Assembly: GCA_030248215.1 (NCBI GenBank)
Contig: JASANG010001204.1
Location: 372,001 to 433,167 of the forward strand
Length of the DNA: 61,167 nucleotides
DNA from: Enoplolaimus lenunculus
Lineage: Eukaryota
Direction: 5' to 3'
The notes under the pieces are model-generated. The model saw only the letters and a program-made list of their open reading frames with translations, had not been told where the DNA came from and made no database searches. This document shows positions 23,421 to 40,044 of this stretch, one piece after another. The translations under genes and the position numbers were made by a program. Each line of letters begins with the position of its first letter. The stretch's first letter is position 1.

Positions 23421-23868
23421 CTGTAGTGACCCGAATAAGAGGGTGGAACTGATATTTATTTGGCCTCTCCAGATGGTACCCCCCTTGTTATTCGGTTACC
23501 GACTGTTATTGATTTTTAACCCACGCTCCGCCGGCCTTTGTTACTGATATATATCCGGTACTGCAATTATCCGTTGAATTACACGTTTATTTGTCTTGTG
23601 TCAATAGCTTGAGCGATAATACAAGGTTTATACTTAGGAATGTACTTTCAAAATTTAAGTACGCTTTAAAGTTTCGAACTAATGTTAATATTTGATCCTG
23701 AAGTCATGCGCTACAATTAGGGTTATTTGACATTTATGGACTCTAATTAGGGTTTAGGGACTCTATCCGCTTACGGACTCTTATTAGGGATACGGACTCC
23801 AATTGATTCGGACTCAAAATGGGGACCCCTCTTAACACCCCTCCCCCCTTTTATTCGGGTCAATACAG
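23421..23868. mobile_element. Tc1/mariner-type MITE (TA TSD)
   Basis: TIRs CTGTAGTGACCCGAATAA / TTATTCGGGTCAATACAG flanked by TA. The same family occurs at 33350-33718 and 43368-43754, with partial copies at about 32970-33329 and 48870-48990. Confidence 0.85.
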
Positions 23869-23896
23869 TACGCAAAATGTTTTGTCTGATGTCTTA

Positions 23897-24094
23897 GGGT
23901 TGCGCTATACTTTTCGATGCCGGGCGCCGCCTCGTGCCGCTATGCGTTGTTAACAAAATATAGGCAAAATATATTTAGTGGCTTGGGACCATTTTTAATG
24001 ACCGAAATTTTATTATATGCCGCGTGACGGCGCGCTGTGACGTCCGACAACTCGTGGCAGCGTCCGACGGCGTGCAACGAGTATAGCGCAACCC
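23897..24094. mobile_element. PIF/Harbinger-like MITE with GC-rich interior
   Basis: TIRs GGGTTGCGCTATACT / AGTATAGCGCAACCC flanked by TTA/TAA. Relatives lie at 30020-30194 and 40045-40658. Confidence 0.75.
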
Positions 24095-24610
24095 TAAGTC
24101 AACTCTATATCAGTCCCGCCACGAAGCGAATCACCGCTTGTTTTTCGATTCTAGTATTCACACGTGCAAGTTTTTGCTGCGAGTACTTGCAGCTTCCAGT
24201 TGCACTTGCAAGTTTTGTCCAAAATCCCGTTCGAAAAGCTTGCAGCTGCAAAGAATACATTAAAAATCATATCTAGAAATTTAGTTCACATGTGTGAACA
24301 ACCATTGAAGTTCACTGAATTTATTGCACCCGCTTTCTCATTGGCTGATGAAAATAGCTAGTTCTGCGTGCAATTTACAGCTGATAGTTCTCGCAGCAAA
24401 AACTTGCACGTGTCAATAGGGCTTAAGAGGCAAACACTAATATTTATACCAAACAGCTAAAAGAATTTGAACCAATTATTTTTGTTTTATTGTGGGTAAA
24501 GCATTGTCCTAAAATAATAGAAGCGTTAAATATATTGAATACGACAGAATTTTGCGATTTTATCACGATTTTACTTAACTCCGTTTGGATGTATCATTTA
24601 TACCATCGGA

Positions 24611-27440
<2,830 letters not shown>

Positions 27441-27499
27441 CTGAAATCATTTTAAATTTTTCACTGCTTGCGCTTTACTACCAGCAAGAAGTGCATGAT

Positions 27500-27777
27500 A
27501 CAAGAGTGTGCAACTCTTTGGGTTCCGCAAGGATCAAAATATACCACCGGGTGTTGCATTTTTGGCCGACATCCCCCTCTGTTTAGAGGGGGGTCGCTGT
27601 CAGATGCAATAACCCTAAATTAAATTATAGGCGGAGCAACTTGTTGCCGGATACATAAATTGTCATGGTTCACACAGGTTGTACCTCCTCTAAATATAGG
27701 GGGGTCGGTAAAAAAACGCAACGCGTGCCGGGTGCATTCTTTTCTACACAGGATGTACCCAGTTGCATGCTCTTGTT
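27500..27777. mobile_element. Short interspersed element with terminal inverted repeats and G/C hairpins (HINE/MITE-like)
   Basis: Termini ACAAGAGTGTGCAA / TTGCATGCTCTTGT and the hairpin CCCCCTCTGTTTAGAGGGGG. A second copy lies at about 28971-29200. Confidence 0.65.
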
Positions 27778-30019
27778 GAGGTATGCATCATCCACTCTTG
27801 CTACCATTTAGTGCTTTTGGTAGGCAACATAGCACTACAGCAGGTCTATAATTATAGTTATTTCTGCAGTACTAAAAATTACGATCAGTGAATTTTTTTG
27901 TTGAAAGCAAGCGAGTTCTATGACACACGCTCATTCAGTTGAAAAAACATTAATCGCGTCGTATTCAGTGTAGAATGACCCAAAATGATTTATTGCTACG
28001 ATTAGATATTAATAAATTTCAATCCAGAAATGTGGAGTTTGTGGTTCATGGGACTATAGCCAAACGACTGTTAGCATTGAATGCAAAATGTATCACTAAA
28101 CATCCTTTGTGACAGGCGTAAGACCAATAATTTCCATTGTACAGCTTATTTGAAGAAAATGCAAGGGTGCCAAGCCATGGGCTTTAACACGGACCAAAAG
28201 CAATATTTTGCGTTAAGATTTCGTATTTAATAAAACTATGTTTGGCTTCTCGTTCGATTCGCTGACAATTTTTTCACTAATATTTCTTGTGCGAAACCGG
28301 TCAGAATGTTCCATATCCGACAGTGAGACCGATAACCTAAATGTATTTTAGGTTCACATTTTTGTAATATCAATGTATTGCATCTTATCAGGGTGTGCAT
28401 GCAATCATAGCTTATAATTTTGGAAATGTTAAGTGTCATAATCAGAGCTGCACGCTACCCACGGCCTCCCACGGGGATAAACGGGACGGGCAGGAAAATT
28501 TTGGTACGGAAAAGAATTTCAAAGCGCGGGTAACAATTTGTTAATCGTTGCCCAACTAAACATTTCACAAGAAACTTGAAACCAGATAACGGTGAAAAAC
28601 TTGGTGAGTGAAAAATAAGTATCGAGTAAAACATCAATGCACTATAAAATTACACAATTAATCTCGGTGGTGATTTCAAGTGGCCAACGGGAGCAATGGG
28701 ACCAAGGTGAAACCGTCTGGCGTTTACAATGGATATGATCCGTGTCATTAAATAACCACCTTGATTTTGTAGACTTGTGAAATGATGTGGCTATGAGGGG
28801 CATATCCATTCTCTTTTCAAAAACGCCATAACAACATCTGTTCTTACGAATGTCTTGTCAAAGACTAGGTTTTTGCCAACAGCACGTTAACGGTCAATTT
28901 ACCATGAAACCCCTTGTAAGGATTCGCACATAAGATTGTGTGGAATCTATATAACCAAGAGTGGATAATTACAAGAGTGTGCAATTCTTGGAGTTCCGCA
29001 TAGTACAAATGTACCATCGGGTGTTACGTTTTTGGCCGACCCCCCTTGTTTAGAGGGGGGTCGCTATCACATGAATATCGCTAAGTGGAGCATAAAGTGC
29101 CATCGTTCGTACCGGTTGAACCCCCCTTTAAATAAAGGGTGGTAGAGCAAAAACGCAACGCGTGCCGGGTACATTCTATTCTACACAGACCACTCTTAGT
29201 ATAACCAAACCAACCATTTCCAAAGTTAAAATATAAAATGCCAAAAAATATGACTAGGCTTACCCGAGTAGTATCAATTAAAATTTTGCCGGCTATGGGG
29301 TATCAAGTCAAGCCTCTTTGTTAGCTGAAGACGACGAAAACTTGAATTTAAACAAGTTTTAAACAACAATTTTAGTTTAAAAATTAAGATAAACAATGAA
29401 TTTCACAAAATCATCAAAATACACAATACCTTTCATTTAAGGTACATATCCAGCATGGCAAATTTAATTTTGAATATCCGGATTCATATCCTGCCAAAAA
29501 TTGCCTCAAACCCGGAACTAAAAGACCATGATGTCTATTACTGTGAGTGATCATCGCTGCAGTAGTTAGTTTTAGTCGCTTGTGTGCAATAATTTGAAAA
29601 TATAAAACACAAATAAGCAGCGTTTGCATTTTGAAAAAGTAAACATTCTGTAAGCATCCAGAGCGGCTTAAAAGTACAACTGAAACGAGATACACACAGA
29701 TAAAACAGAGTTCACTATTGTATTTTGATGCGATAAGGTGCAACTCAATATTGAGTGTGTTGCACATTGCTAAACAAAAATTTACTGCGACTGCAATTCA
29801 ACAATTGCAACCGTGACCAAAAAAATTGCACTCGCAGTTTTAAGGCGTCAATGCTTTTTGTGCTTTTTAAAACAGAATAATTGAATTTTTTTTCACATTG
29901 AACAAAACTTTTACTGAAAAGCCAAATAAAGCAAACTTTACCGTGTCAATTATAGGGACTTGTCCACTAACTTTAAACCTAAGACCTTAGCCTAAAGTTG
30001 AAACCAAAACTTAAACTAA

Positions 30020-30194
30020 GGGTTGTGCTATACTTTTGTTGACGTCCGAAGGCGGACGGCGCTGTCGGCGCTGTTCGTCAGACAGCGCCGAACAGATGAC
30101 GATGGCGCTGAACAGGAGACGGACGGCGCCGGATGGGTGACGGATGGCGCCAGACGGTGACGGACGGCACCACATGACGAGTATAGCACTACCC
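30020..30194. mobile_element. PIF/Harbinger-like MITE
   Basis: TIRs GGGTTGTGCTATACT / AGTATAGCACTACCC with TAA/TTA flanks and internal GACGGCGC repeats. Confidence 0.75.
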
Positions 30195-32501
30195 TTAATC
30201 GTAACTCTATGCATTGCAGTCTCTCTGACCACTAGCGGATACAGAGGGGGAGCGAGAGGAGGGCGTACACTCCCTTTATGAGAATGCTTCTGTGATAAAA
30301 GTAAGGTCCTTCCTTACCTTATAATTTCTCTCAGAAAATTTTTTGTAAAGATATACAATTTTTACCCTACGAAATTGTTTTGTAATAAAACCTAACAGCT
30401 TTCTCCTTAGGAAATTTGTTGGTAATCAATTGATCAAGTCCTCACTACATTACAATTTTTCTCCTATGAAAAATTTTTTGGTGATACAATGATAATGTTC
30501 TTACCTTACAGTTTTTGCGTTTCATATTAACATTTGTCCGTGTGCACCCCCGTCCGAAATTTTTGGATCCGCCTATGTCTCCCAATCCCCGAAAGTGACC
30601 TTGTCTTCCAGTGGTCAGACCTTATAATCAACACCAGCAAACAAGTAAAACTTTTGAAAATAATACGTCCGAATTTGGCATGTGGGAACCTGATGCATGC
30701 GGTAAGGTATTGGAAAATTATCATTCTGCAGTGAATTGATAAAATTCAACGTATTTCTATGCTTAAAAAGGTTGACTTCGAATAATTTTTGAAAAGAATA
30801 CGGCAAAATATGCTAAAAAAGTTTGACATCAAATGTCTTTGGACATTAAAATAAACTTTAATGGTCATTTGTAGCGTCAATCGATGATTTTCAATTTTGA
30901 CAGCGAAACGCGGCGCAAACACTTGTATTTTTGAAATCGACCAAAATTTAATTATCAGCTGTAAAATGTATTTTTCACAATAAAAAATATTTCTAAGCCC
31001 AGCTGTGACTCAACACAAAACTTTTATTTACGAGCCGAAAAATCGCCGGTAAATCAATTTGCAACACAATAAATTGTTTTAAAACTTGCTTAACATGGAA
31101 TGTAGAGCGAATTTTGTAAAGTTCAAAACTGTTTCAAAATAAAAAAATCTCGTAGTCATAAAACCAATCTAAATCTATCAGATTCCATAAACGCAAACCG
31201 CTGAAACCGCTAAATATGCTTCGGAATAAAATGGGTAATTTTGCGCAAAACTGCTACTATGCCGTGTAAAAGCTGCAAATTGTGCTACCAACAGCGCACA
31301 ATCTCAACACAGCATCAAACAGTTAACCTTACAAGACATTCACACAGCATTTTACGACCTAATTTGCTTTTTTGGTTGGCCAACAAAATTTGCTACCACA
31401 AATATTCGCTACAGGAAAAATTGTTCAAATTTCAGCAACGCTTTGCGGATGAGGAAGACTGTTCTTTTTCAGGCCAGCCCCTCGACGAGAAATTGTAAGC
31501 AGACGTGGCAAGATCATTTCTGTGGGACAAAAAAATTTTTGCATCAAATTGTTTTGGGAATAAATATTCGGCCAGGGGAGGCGGGGCGAACATGTTGGTA
31601 GAACAGGCACTGATCCGTTGCCTCCATAGTTGCTCGTTTTTTCCAGGCTTAGATTAAACTGGTCATTACAAGGGCAATTTGTTTAAACTGTACAGCAAAC
31701 ATAGGTCTCATATTTTCAGTATAATAGTTTAAGGTGAATGTTGAAAGATTAGTGCGAAATAAAAGAAAGACAACTGAAAAATGATATATAATGACATGCA
31801 AATCATTGTGACAGGATATCCATTTCTATTTCCGGTAACAGTCGGTGCCAAATTTCGTTTTCGATAATACAAAAACACCAGAAATTCAGTTATTTTAAGC
31901 ATTAATTGTTGTAGATCACACATAAATCTTCCAATTTTCAATTACAGCTTTGCTGCAGCTGTTCGATTTTCAATAAAAACAACGAATAAAATGTTGCGTT
32001 TTAAAACGTGTTTCAAATTTAAGGTCGTCTTTGAAAAAAAACGAAAACGAATAAAAAATGATAACAAATATGTCAAATATATTATCACCGAATTTAATTT
32101 ACTCAAATATACGCTGATGATAACACTTATTTTTTACTTGACCTGCGTAGCTTAATACTCTGTGGTTATTTTTTCTATACTTTACAGTGTTGCAGGTAAA
32201 CTTGCCTCAACAGTACGCGACAACGCAGCCAGCATTTTCTCTAATCTGTTTCTGGGAAGACAAAATAAATCACTAGCCAGTTAAGTTTTGAAAAATGAAG
32301 CTCAAAGCTTTTTATAACTTAAAGTTTTAACCTCAAAACGTTACATCGTTGGGTAAACACCAGTTTTTTAGCCGTATTTCCGCTAGTGAACTTCTATTAA
32401 TTGTCAATCGATAACACATGTGATAGCGAATGGAAAATGAATCATAGGCCATTATATATCAAGTATTGTGAACCAGGTTGAATTTGCAATTGGCTAATAA
32501 A

Positions 32502-32780
32502 GCCCTTCTCACACGTGCAAGTTTTTTCAGCAAAAACTTGAACGTACAACTTGCACGCGCAAGTTTTGTAACAAAGCAGCTTTGAAGTTCTTGCAACTGC
32601 GAATTATTCACTGCAATTCATGCTATTTAATTTAATTCGCAACTGTGAACGCAGATGCAAGCCACTTGAATTTCTTGCACCTGCAGTTTGATTGGTTAAT
32701 CGAAATGTTCCTTCAAAAATATTTGCAGCTGTAAGTATTTCGTGCAAGTTGCAGCTAAAACTTGCACGTGTGAATGGGGC
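32502..32780. mobile_element. Harbinger-like MITE family (CACACGTGCAAG termini)
   Basis: TIRs GCCCTTCTCACACGTGCAAGTTTT / AAAACTTGCACGTGTGAATGGGGC. Copies lie at about 24153-24422 and 35470-35741, with fragments at about 600-740 and 5975-6115. Confidence 0.8.
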
Positions 32781-33733
32781 TTTAGTTTGCTTTGTTGCAA
32801 ACGTTATAATTGTTACATAACTCGAGAAAAATAATAAAGCTTTTATGGGACATTCAATGCTTAAACACACATCAAATTTTGAAGCTCTAATGCCTTAACA
32901 TGATTTAAACCCTTCTCACATTCAGTTGCCTATAGGCAACTCAGCGCAGTGTATATAATAGCAGCCCGTACTAAGAGTCCGTAAGCGGATAGAGTCCCTG
33001 AATCCTACTTAGAGTCCGTCGATATCAACCGTCTCTAATTGTAGTGCATATATAACTCCAGCCTAAATAAAGTTGACTTCGAAACTTTAAAGGGTACTTA
33101 AGGTTTGAAAGTACATTCTTAAGCATAAGTTTATATTATCGCTCAAGCATTTGATACAAGACAAATAAATGTAATTCAACGGATGATTGCAGTATCGGAT
33201 ATATATCAGTAACGTTGGGCGACGAAGAAGGGACTGAAAATAAATAACAGTTCGTAACCGACTAACTGGAGGTACCCTGTAGAGAGGCCAATAAAATATC
33301 AGTCCCCCATGTTATTCGGGTCACTACAGTGTACGTATATATACCTATACTGTATTGACCCGAATAAGAGGGGGGTAATAAGGGGGGTCCCCATTTTGAG
33401 TCCCGATCAATAGGAGTCCGTATCCCTTATAACAGTCCGTATGCGAATAGAGTCCTCAAAACTTAATTAGAGTCCATAAATGTCAATTATCCCTAATTAT
33501 AGCGCATAAAGGACTCCAGGACCAAATAATTTGACTTCGAAAGCTTAAAGCGTACTTAAGTTTTGAAAGCACATTCCTACGTATAACCTTGCATTATCGC
33601 TCAAGCTATTGACACAACACAAATAAACGTTTAATTCAACGGATAGTTGCAGAACCCGAAAAACAAGGGGGAGAGGCCAAATAAATAACAGTCCCCCCTT
33701 TTATTCGGGTCAATACAGTATTCATAAACTTAC

Positions 33734-33777
33734 CCAAACAACCGACCAAATAATCCACCAGATTGAGCGCTCGCCAT
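33734..33777 (-). CDS. Probable first coding exon of the Q-rich gene (MASAQSGGLFGRLFG)
   Basis: ATG in an ATCATGG context and a strong GG|GTAAGT donor. The phase-2 join to the acceptor at 27440 reads in frame as G-L-L-S-M-S-D. Confidence 0.6.
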
Positions 33778-36700
33778 GATACCAACGACTGCTTTAATCT
33801 CGGTTTATATAACACTGATATAATGGACTACTGTAATGTTTGGTCTGAAAATCTATTGCAAACAAGTGTCTAAACGTTTTGAGAGTGAAAATCGTTCGAA
33901 AATTTGACCCATGTAAAGATCAGGGGCAGAACATTATTCTGTGGGACTAGAAAAGGGTAAGCTTAAGCTTTAGACTAATTTTTGTGCTCGGCTTAGGCTT
34001 TAGGCTTAGGAATATTCATTTTCTTACGTTTAGACTTAGGCTTAGGCTTAGCAATATGCTTATGCTACTGTTCCATCCCTGTTCGTATTACATTGGCCGA
34101 AAATTTTTGGAAAACGCACGTCGAAAACCAGAGCGGTAAAATTTTCAACAACACCGGTTCGAAACGTTCCGACCCAGGACCCGGCTGGTATCAGACTGGA
34201 CCGCAACACAGAGCGGACGACCGGCACTCAACACCATTACTTTTGAATAGTTGATTTCATATCAGAAAAACCCATTTTCGAGATTTTTCAAAATAAACAC
34301 CGCATTTTGTTATTAAAGTGTGGAATACGTGATATGAATCTACTTCGTTAGAGCCGGATATATCGCTTACATGTCGACAGCTCCATCAAGAAACCAAACT
34401 TGGATGGGCCCGGTATCCCCGCCAGCCAACTTTATTTCTAAATCCGATCGTTATTGGCAAACTCTGGCTTGCGGAGATAATTGAAAAGGCCAGACACGAC
34501 AAAGCGATTGTATCATTTTGACAAAAAATCGCTAATATTGATCCTTAAATAGTACCAAAATGAATCGAACCGGAACCATATAAAATGCCTATCGGTTTTG
34601 AAGCTAAATGCGTTGTTCAGTGCAGTCCCATTCAGATTCGATCCATGGTCGGACCGGTTCGGATCAGTCCAGTCCGACAGTCAAGTATCGAAACGATGGC
34701 AATTAAATATTTTGTTTAAAATACGCAAATCGTCCGGTGCCGCGTTTTTGTGGCTGTTCATCGGTTTCCATAAAAATACAAAAGGCTTTCGAATTTTGAA
34801 CGAAAGAGCGTTAGTACGGATGTAAATGACATTTTGACAATTGCTAAAAAGTGTCGCGGTTTTCCGGAGGGGCTATAATAGAGTCAGATTAAGCTTTAGA
34901 CTTTTTTTTGATTAAGCTTAGGCTTAGGCTTAGGAATATGCTTATACTACTGTTCCGGCCCTGTTCTATACATAGACCAAAATGTCATACAATTGCATTA
35001 CCGTTCAAACTCACTGTAATACACCGTTTAGATCAGCATCCGATTCAAAAATGTTAATTCAAGTTCAGATAACGAAAACTAATCAGAGAAGCTGTAGCTA
35101 CTACAGATTTCAACTGTAATTTTAAGCTCAAATGAATGGCTAAAAACAAACATCAGCGGCCAATGTTATTTTTAGGGCAGTAACGGTAGATTTAGCGTAT
35201 TCCTAAGCTTACACCTAAGCCTATGCGTTGCAAAACCATACTCCTAAGCCTAAGAGTAAGCAAAAAATGTGGTCAAGAATGTAAGCCTACTCTTTTAAAG
35301 ACCCAACAGAAACCGGGACGGGTCGAAAAGTACACGGGCCAAATCGGCGATCGCACATTCGAACAAACACGCGTTTCTTAACCGGCTTTAAAATTCAGCA
35401 AACCAACAGGTATAAATAAATTCGAAAACGCGAAACAACAAACAAATAAGAACGTAGCCAGAATTTTAAGCCCTATTCACACATGCAAGTTTTTGTTGCG
35501 AGAAGTCACAGCTGCAACTTGCACTTGCAAGTTTTATCTAAAATCGCGTTCGAAAAACTTGCAGCGGCAAAGAATTCACTAAAATTCAAAGCTACAAATT
35601 TAGTTCGTATGTGTGAATAATCATGCAAGTTCACAGAATTTATAGCAACCGCGTTCCCTTTGGCTGATGAAAAAATGCTAGTTCTGCGTGCAATTTGCAA
35701 CTGCAAGTTCTCGTAGCAAAAAATTGTACGTGTAAATAGGCCGTTAGTTTGGGAGGGTATAACCTCATGTATAGGTCAATTTTTTGACCTCAAAAATCCA
35801 GAATGTTATATGTAGTAAAGTAGCGCTCTTTCTTGTCTCCAAAAATTTCGCAAGCAAATATATCATCACCTGTTTCGCTGGCTTTGTATACCGCCACGGC
35901 AGGCAAAACTTTAATGATACGCAACATAGATTGCAATATTGTGCAGTTATTTTTGTGCGACTCACACACAGACAAGTTTATACCCTGATTTCGCCCAATG
36001 GTATATATCGAAAAACAATGTATATATATTTATTGATTCACAGCAACGTCCACACATACGGCGTTTTGGTTAAGTACCTTGTTCCGAATTTGTACGCAAA
36101 ACGGCCAAAAACATTGGCAAAGTTTGAGGAACAAAATTGTAAGATTATTGCTATCTTCGAAACTCGACAAAAGCTGTAAATTATTATTTATAAAATGTGT
36201 CATAAATATATTATTTCAGTTAACGATATGAAGTATAATAAGAAATTTAGGTGTTGAACTGTGAAACCCTACAGGCAGGGGTTTGCAGAAGCTGATCTAA
36301 AAAAATTTTGACGAGGGGGTCGGGCTCGTAAATATTGTGAAACGCAAAAATTGTAAGGTAGGAGGTACCTTATCATTTCATTACAAAAAAATCTGCGCGA
36401 AATAATTGTGTTTTATACAAAAATGTTCACAGGGGATGAATTAATTGTAAGGTAGGAGGGGAGGGACCTTACCATTTTAACACAAACAAATTCTGACCGT
36501 GGGGTGTATGCCATCTCCCCGGCTCCCATCTGGATCCGCTAGCGAGTGTAGCCAAGATTTCAGTTTGGGTGAATTAATAATAAGAATATTTTACACCAGC
36601 GAACCCAGCGAGTGAGTAAAAATTTTGCTGTCTGTAGTGGTGCTTTTTTCTCATTCTCCTATACCCTCAAAATTATGCTCATGAGCATAGGGGTTTGGGC

Positions 36701-37871
36701 CAATGTAAAGAACAAGGGCGAAACAGTACTACAAGCATATTCCTAAGCCTAAATCTAAGCATAAGAATGAGCATATTCGCAAGCCTAAGCCTAAGTCTAA
36801 GCCAAGCAAAAAAAAATAGTCTAAAGCTTACGCTTACTCTATTGCAGTCCCATAGAAAAACACTCCGCCCTAGATCTTTACATGGGTCGAGGTTTGTTAC
36901 GCAAATTTAAATATATCCATCAACGATAAGTTTATTCGATACTACAACGAAGTTGATTAAAAAATAGCATAAGTTCAAAATAGATGTGTTGAAATATTTA
37001 GTATACACAATTACAAAGTTATTTAAGTAAAAAGTTTGCGCCCGCTTTTAACAGATGGTTTGTTCTGTATCTTAAATATTTCACGATTGTTGCCCGTCGT
37101 GGGCACATTTGAAAATACCCTCATTTAAACTGTCGACTCATGTAAAGATCAGGAGTGGAACGTTTCGTTGTGGGACTGGAATAGAGTAAGCTTAAGCTTC
37201 AGACAAAAATTTTTTTGCTCGCTTAGGCGCACGCTTAGGCTTAGGCTTAGGAGTAAACTTATTCTTACGATTACGTTTATGCTTAGGCTTAGGTTTCGGA
37301 ATATGCTTATAATACTGTTCCGCGACGGTTTTTTACATTGGCGAAACTGTCTAACGATCTGATCGGCACATGCGTTCTCAATAGTGAAAATATTGCATGA
37401 TAGGTCTATCTCGGCTTGGCTGCATTAGCTGCAATCAAGGTTTATTAGATAAGAGTTGTCACCCTTGCACTTTTTGGCCCAGGTAAAGTTGACGGGCTGA
37501 CGCGTTTTTCTGTTGGACTGCAATAGAGTAAGCTTAAGCTTTAGTGTATTTTTTGCTTAGGCTTAGGCTAAGGCTTCGACTTAAGTATAAGCTCATTCTT
37601 TACACTTAGGCTCATACCAATGTTTCGGCTTAGGCTTAGGAATATGCGTACACTACTGTTACAGCGTTGTTCTATACGTTAGTTCGTCTGTTGAACATAT
37701 AATTTTATGTCGCATCGCGATGACCTTTGTACGACCTATCAACTTCTCACCAAACTAAGGGCGGCCGAACCAGATAATATAAGAAAATTCGACCAATGTT
37801 ACTTTGAGGGGTGTTCAGTTTCTGGTGGGTCTATCAAAGTGTAGGATCTATATTACATTTTTTTGCTTAGG

Positions 37872-38519
37872 CTTAAGCTTAGGCTTAGGCTTAGAAATGC
37901 ACTTAATCTACTGTTACGCCGCTAAAAGTGAACATTGGCCGAAAATTCTATTAACCAACCACCTATTACTACACATCATGATCATCCACACTTGAATAGC
38001 AAAAATGCAAAATGTCCAACATAAAAAAAAATAAACTTAAGCTTAGGCTTAGAAATACACTTAATCTACTGTTACGCCGCTTTAAAGTGAACATTGGCCG
38101 AAAATTCTATCAACCAACCACCTATTACTACACATCATGATCATCCACACTTGAATAGCGAAAATGCAAAATGTCCAACATAAAAAAAATAAACTTAAGC
38201 TTAGGCTTAGGCTTAGAAATACACTTAATCTACTGTTACGCCGCTTTAAAGTGAACATTGGCCGAAAATTCTATCAACCAACCACCTATTACTACACGTC
38301 ATGATCATCCACACTTGAATAGCGAAAATGCAAAATGTCCAACATAAAAAAAAATAAACTTAAGCTTAGGCTTAGGCTTAGAAATACACTTAATCTACTG
38401 TTACGCCGCTTTAAAGTGAACATTGGCCGAAAATTCTATCAACCAACCACCTATTACTACACGTCATGATCATCCACACTTGAATAGCAAAAATGCAAAA
38501 TGTCCAACATAGAAATAAA
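37872..38519. repeat. Four tandem 158-165 bp units, each a MITE end plus the 3' end of the dynein light chain gene
   Basis: Units start at 37872, 38036, 38194 and 38359. Each contains the reverse complement of ...TATGTTGGACATTTTGCATTTTYGCTATTCAAGTGTGGATGA. Confidence 0.95.
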
Positions 38520-39234
38520 TAAAATGATTCACTTCATGCGTGACATACGACCCAAAATGTCGACCGACAACGCACTGCCATGCACCGCTGCCTTCGACCG
38601 CGAACAAATTATACTTTTTATCGAAATGAGTCTTAATCCAGACAGCGATATCGATTTCTTGATCAAACTGTGACAGTCCACTCAGCGCAAATTGGATCGC
38701 GTCGGATTCCATTTGTTCGCACGACATATCAGCGTTACGAACACGAATGAACCGTGAATGATACATTGTTGTATAATTACGATAATGGGACGATTTTCGA
38801 GTTAACGAACGCGATTCGTTGGTTGATTTGTCCAATCCGTGTGGTTCATTTCGACCAGGTTTGTCTGCTGGTGCCGGTCGTGATTGGTTTGGTTGACGGT
38901 TTCGGTATCTGTGTTGCTGTTGCTTTTGTTGCGTCTGATGTTGTTGCTGTTGTTGCCGTTGTTGCTGTTGTTGTTGTTGCTGCTTAGAATCGATATGTGT
39001 TGCCAGCTGCGATATAGAAGATTTTAAAATTGTTGACGTTGCAGACGCTGCACGTGGTCGCATCGGAGTTGGCGCTAACAGTGTTGAATTGCTATATGCG
39101 GTGACTAGCGATCCGCGCTTTAGACAGCTGTCGTCGTAGATTTGAGCTGTGATACAGTTATCGCTGCCAGAGCATTGTGAATCAAACGAGCTGTTTGAGC
39201 CGGCGCGTGAAAAGTTTGACGAAAAATCACTCAT
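38470..39234 (-). CDS. Dynein light chain type 1 (LC8/DYNLL family) protein with an N-terminal S-rich and poly-Q extension of about 160 aa
   Basis: The C-terminal part of about 90 aa has LC8 hallmarks: NADMS, DIAVWIKTHFDKKY and WQCVVGRHFGSYVTHE..HFIYFYVG..AFLLFKCG*. It is a single 254-aa ORF. Confidence 0.92.
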   Translation of the reverse strand: MSDFSSNFSRAGSNSSFDSQCSGSDNCITAQIYDDSCLKRGSLVTAYSNSTLLAPTPMRPRAASATSTILKSSISQLATHIDSKQQQQQQQQRQQQQQHQTQQKQQQHRYRNRQPNQSRPAPADKPGRNEPHGLDKSTNESRSLTRKSSHYRNYTTMYHSRFIRVRNADMSCEQMESDAIQFALSGLSQFDQEIDIAVWIKTHFDKKYNLFAVEGSGAWQCVVGRHFGSYVTHEVNHFIYFYVGHFAFLLFKCG

Positions 39235-40044
39235 TTTTTTGATAAACTTATATTTGATACACTAAAATTTCAAATAAATCAAAATATCATTCAAACTCTG
39301 CGTTGATAAATTTGCCCTGCATTGTTGGATCAAAGAGAGTATTAGCTGTCGAGTTGAGGTGAAATTAAACGCCGCAAAAGGCGTTGGAGTAACTCGGTTT
39401 TGCCAATTTTGTTAATTTTATGGTTAATTAGGTTTTATCTTAATTTGTTTAGCGTTTCAGTTTAACTTTTACACATAAAAAATGGTAAGAAAACTTCTTA
39501 TTACATATGCATCAGTCGAAAAACTCTATCTCTTTCTTTTTTAATTCCTGCTTAAATACTAGAAGCTGCTCGTTTAATTATATTGTCGACTGGCTAGTAA
39601 TTTCGTGAGCAACGGGCTATTAAACTGTCAAAAATTAGGACCCATGTATCGACCAGGGCCTGAACAGTAGTATAAGCATCTTCCTAAGCCTAAGCTTAAG
39701 CCTAAACCTAAGTGTAAGGATGAGCCTATTGCTAAGCCTAAGCCTACTAAGCCAAACCTTAAGCCGAGCAAAAAAATTTGTCTAAAGCTTAAGCGTACTC
39801 TATTCTGATCATTACATTGGCCAAAATCAACAACACCAAGGTTCTTAACGAATAGTGAAAATAACGAAAACAGAATGTGATCAAAAGAATGGAAACAAAA
39901 ACCGTAAACAACACCGACTGAGGTTACCTGAAACTAATATCCAGTTCGGCCTTAGAGAAAACTCATACAAATTGCTGCTGCAAGAATTAGGTACCACTAT
40001 TTGACAAACTACTGCTTTCGCATTAAAATTCACAAACGTATTAA

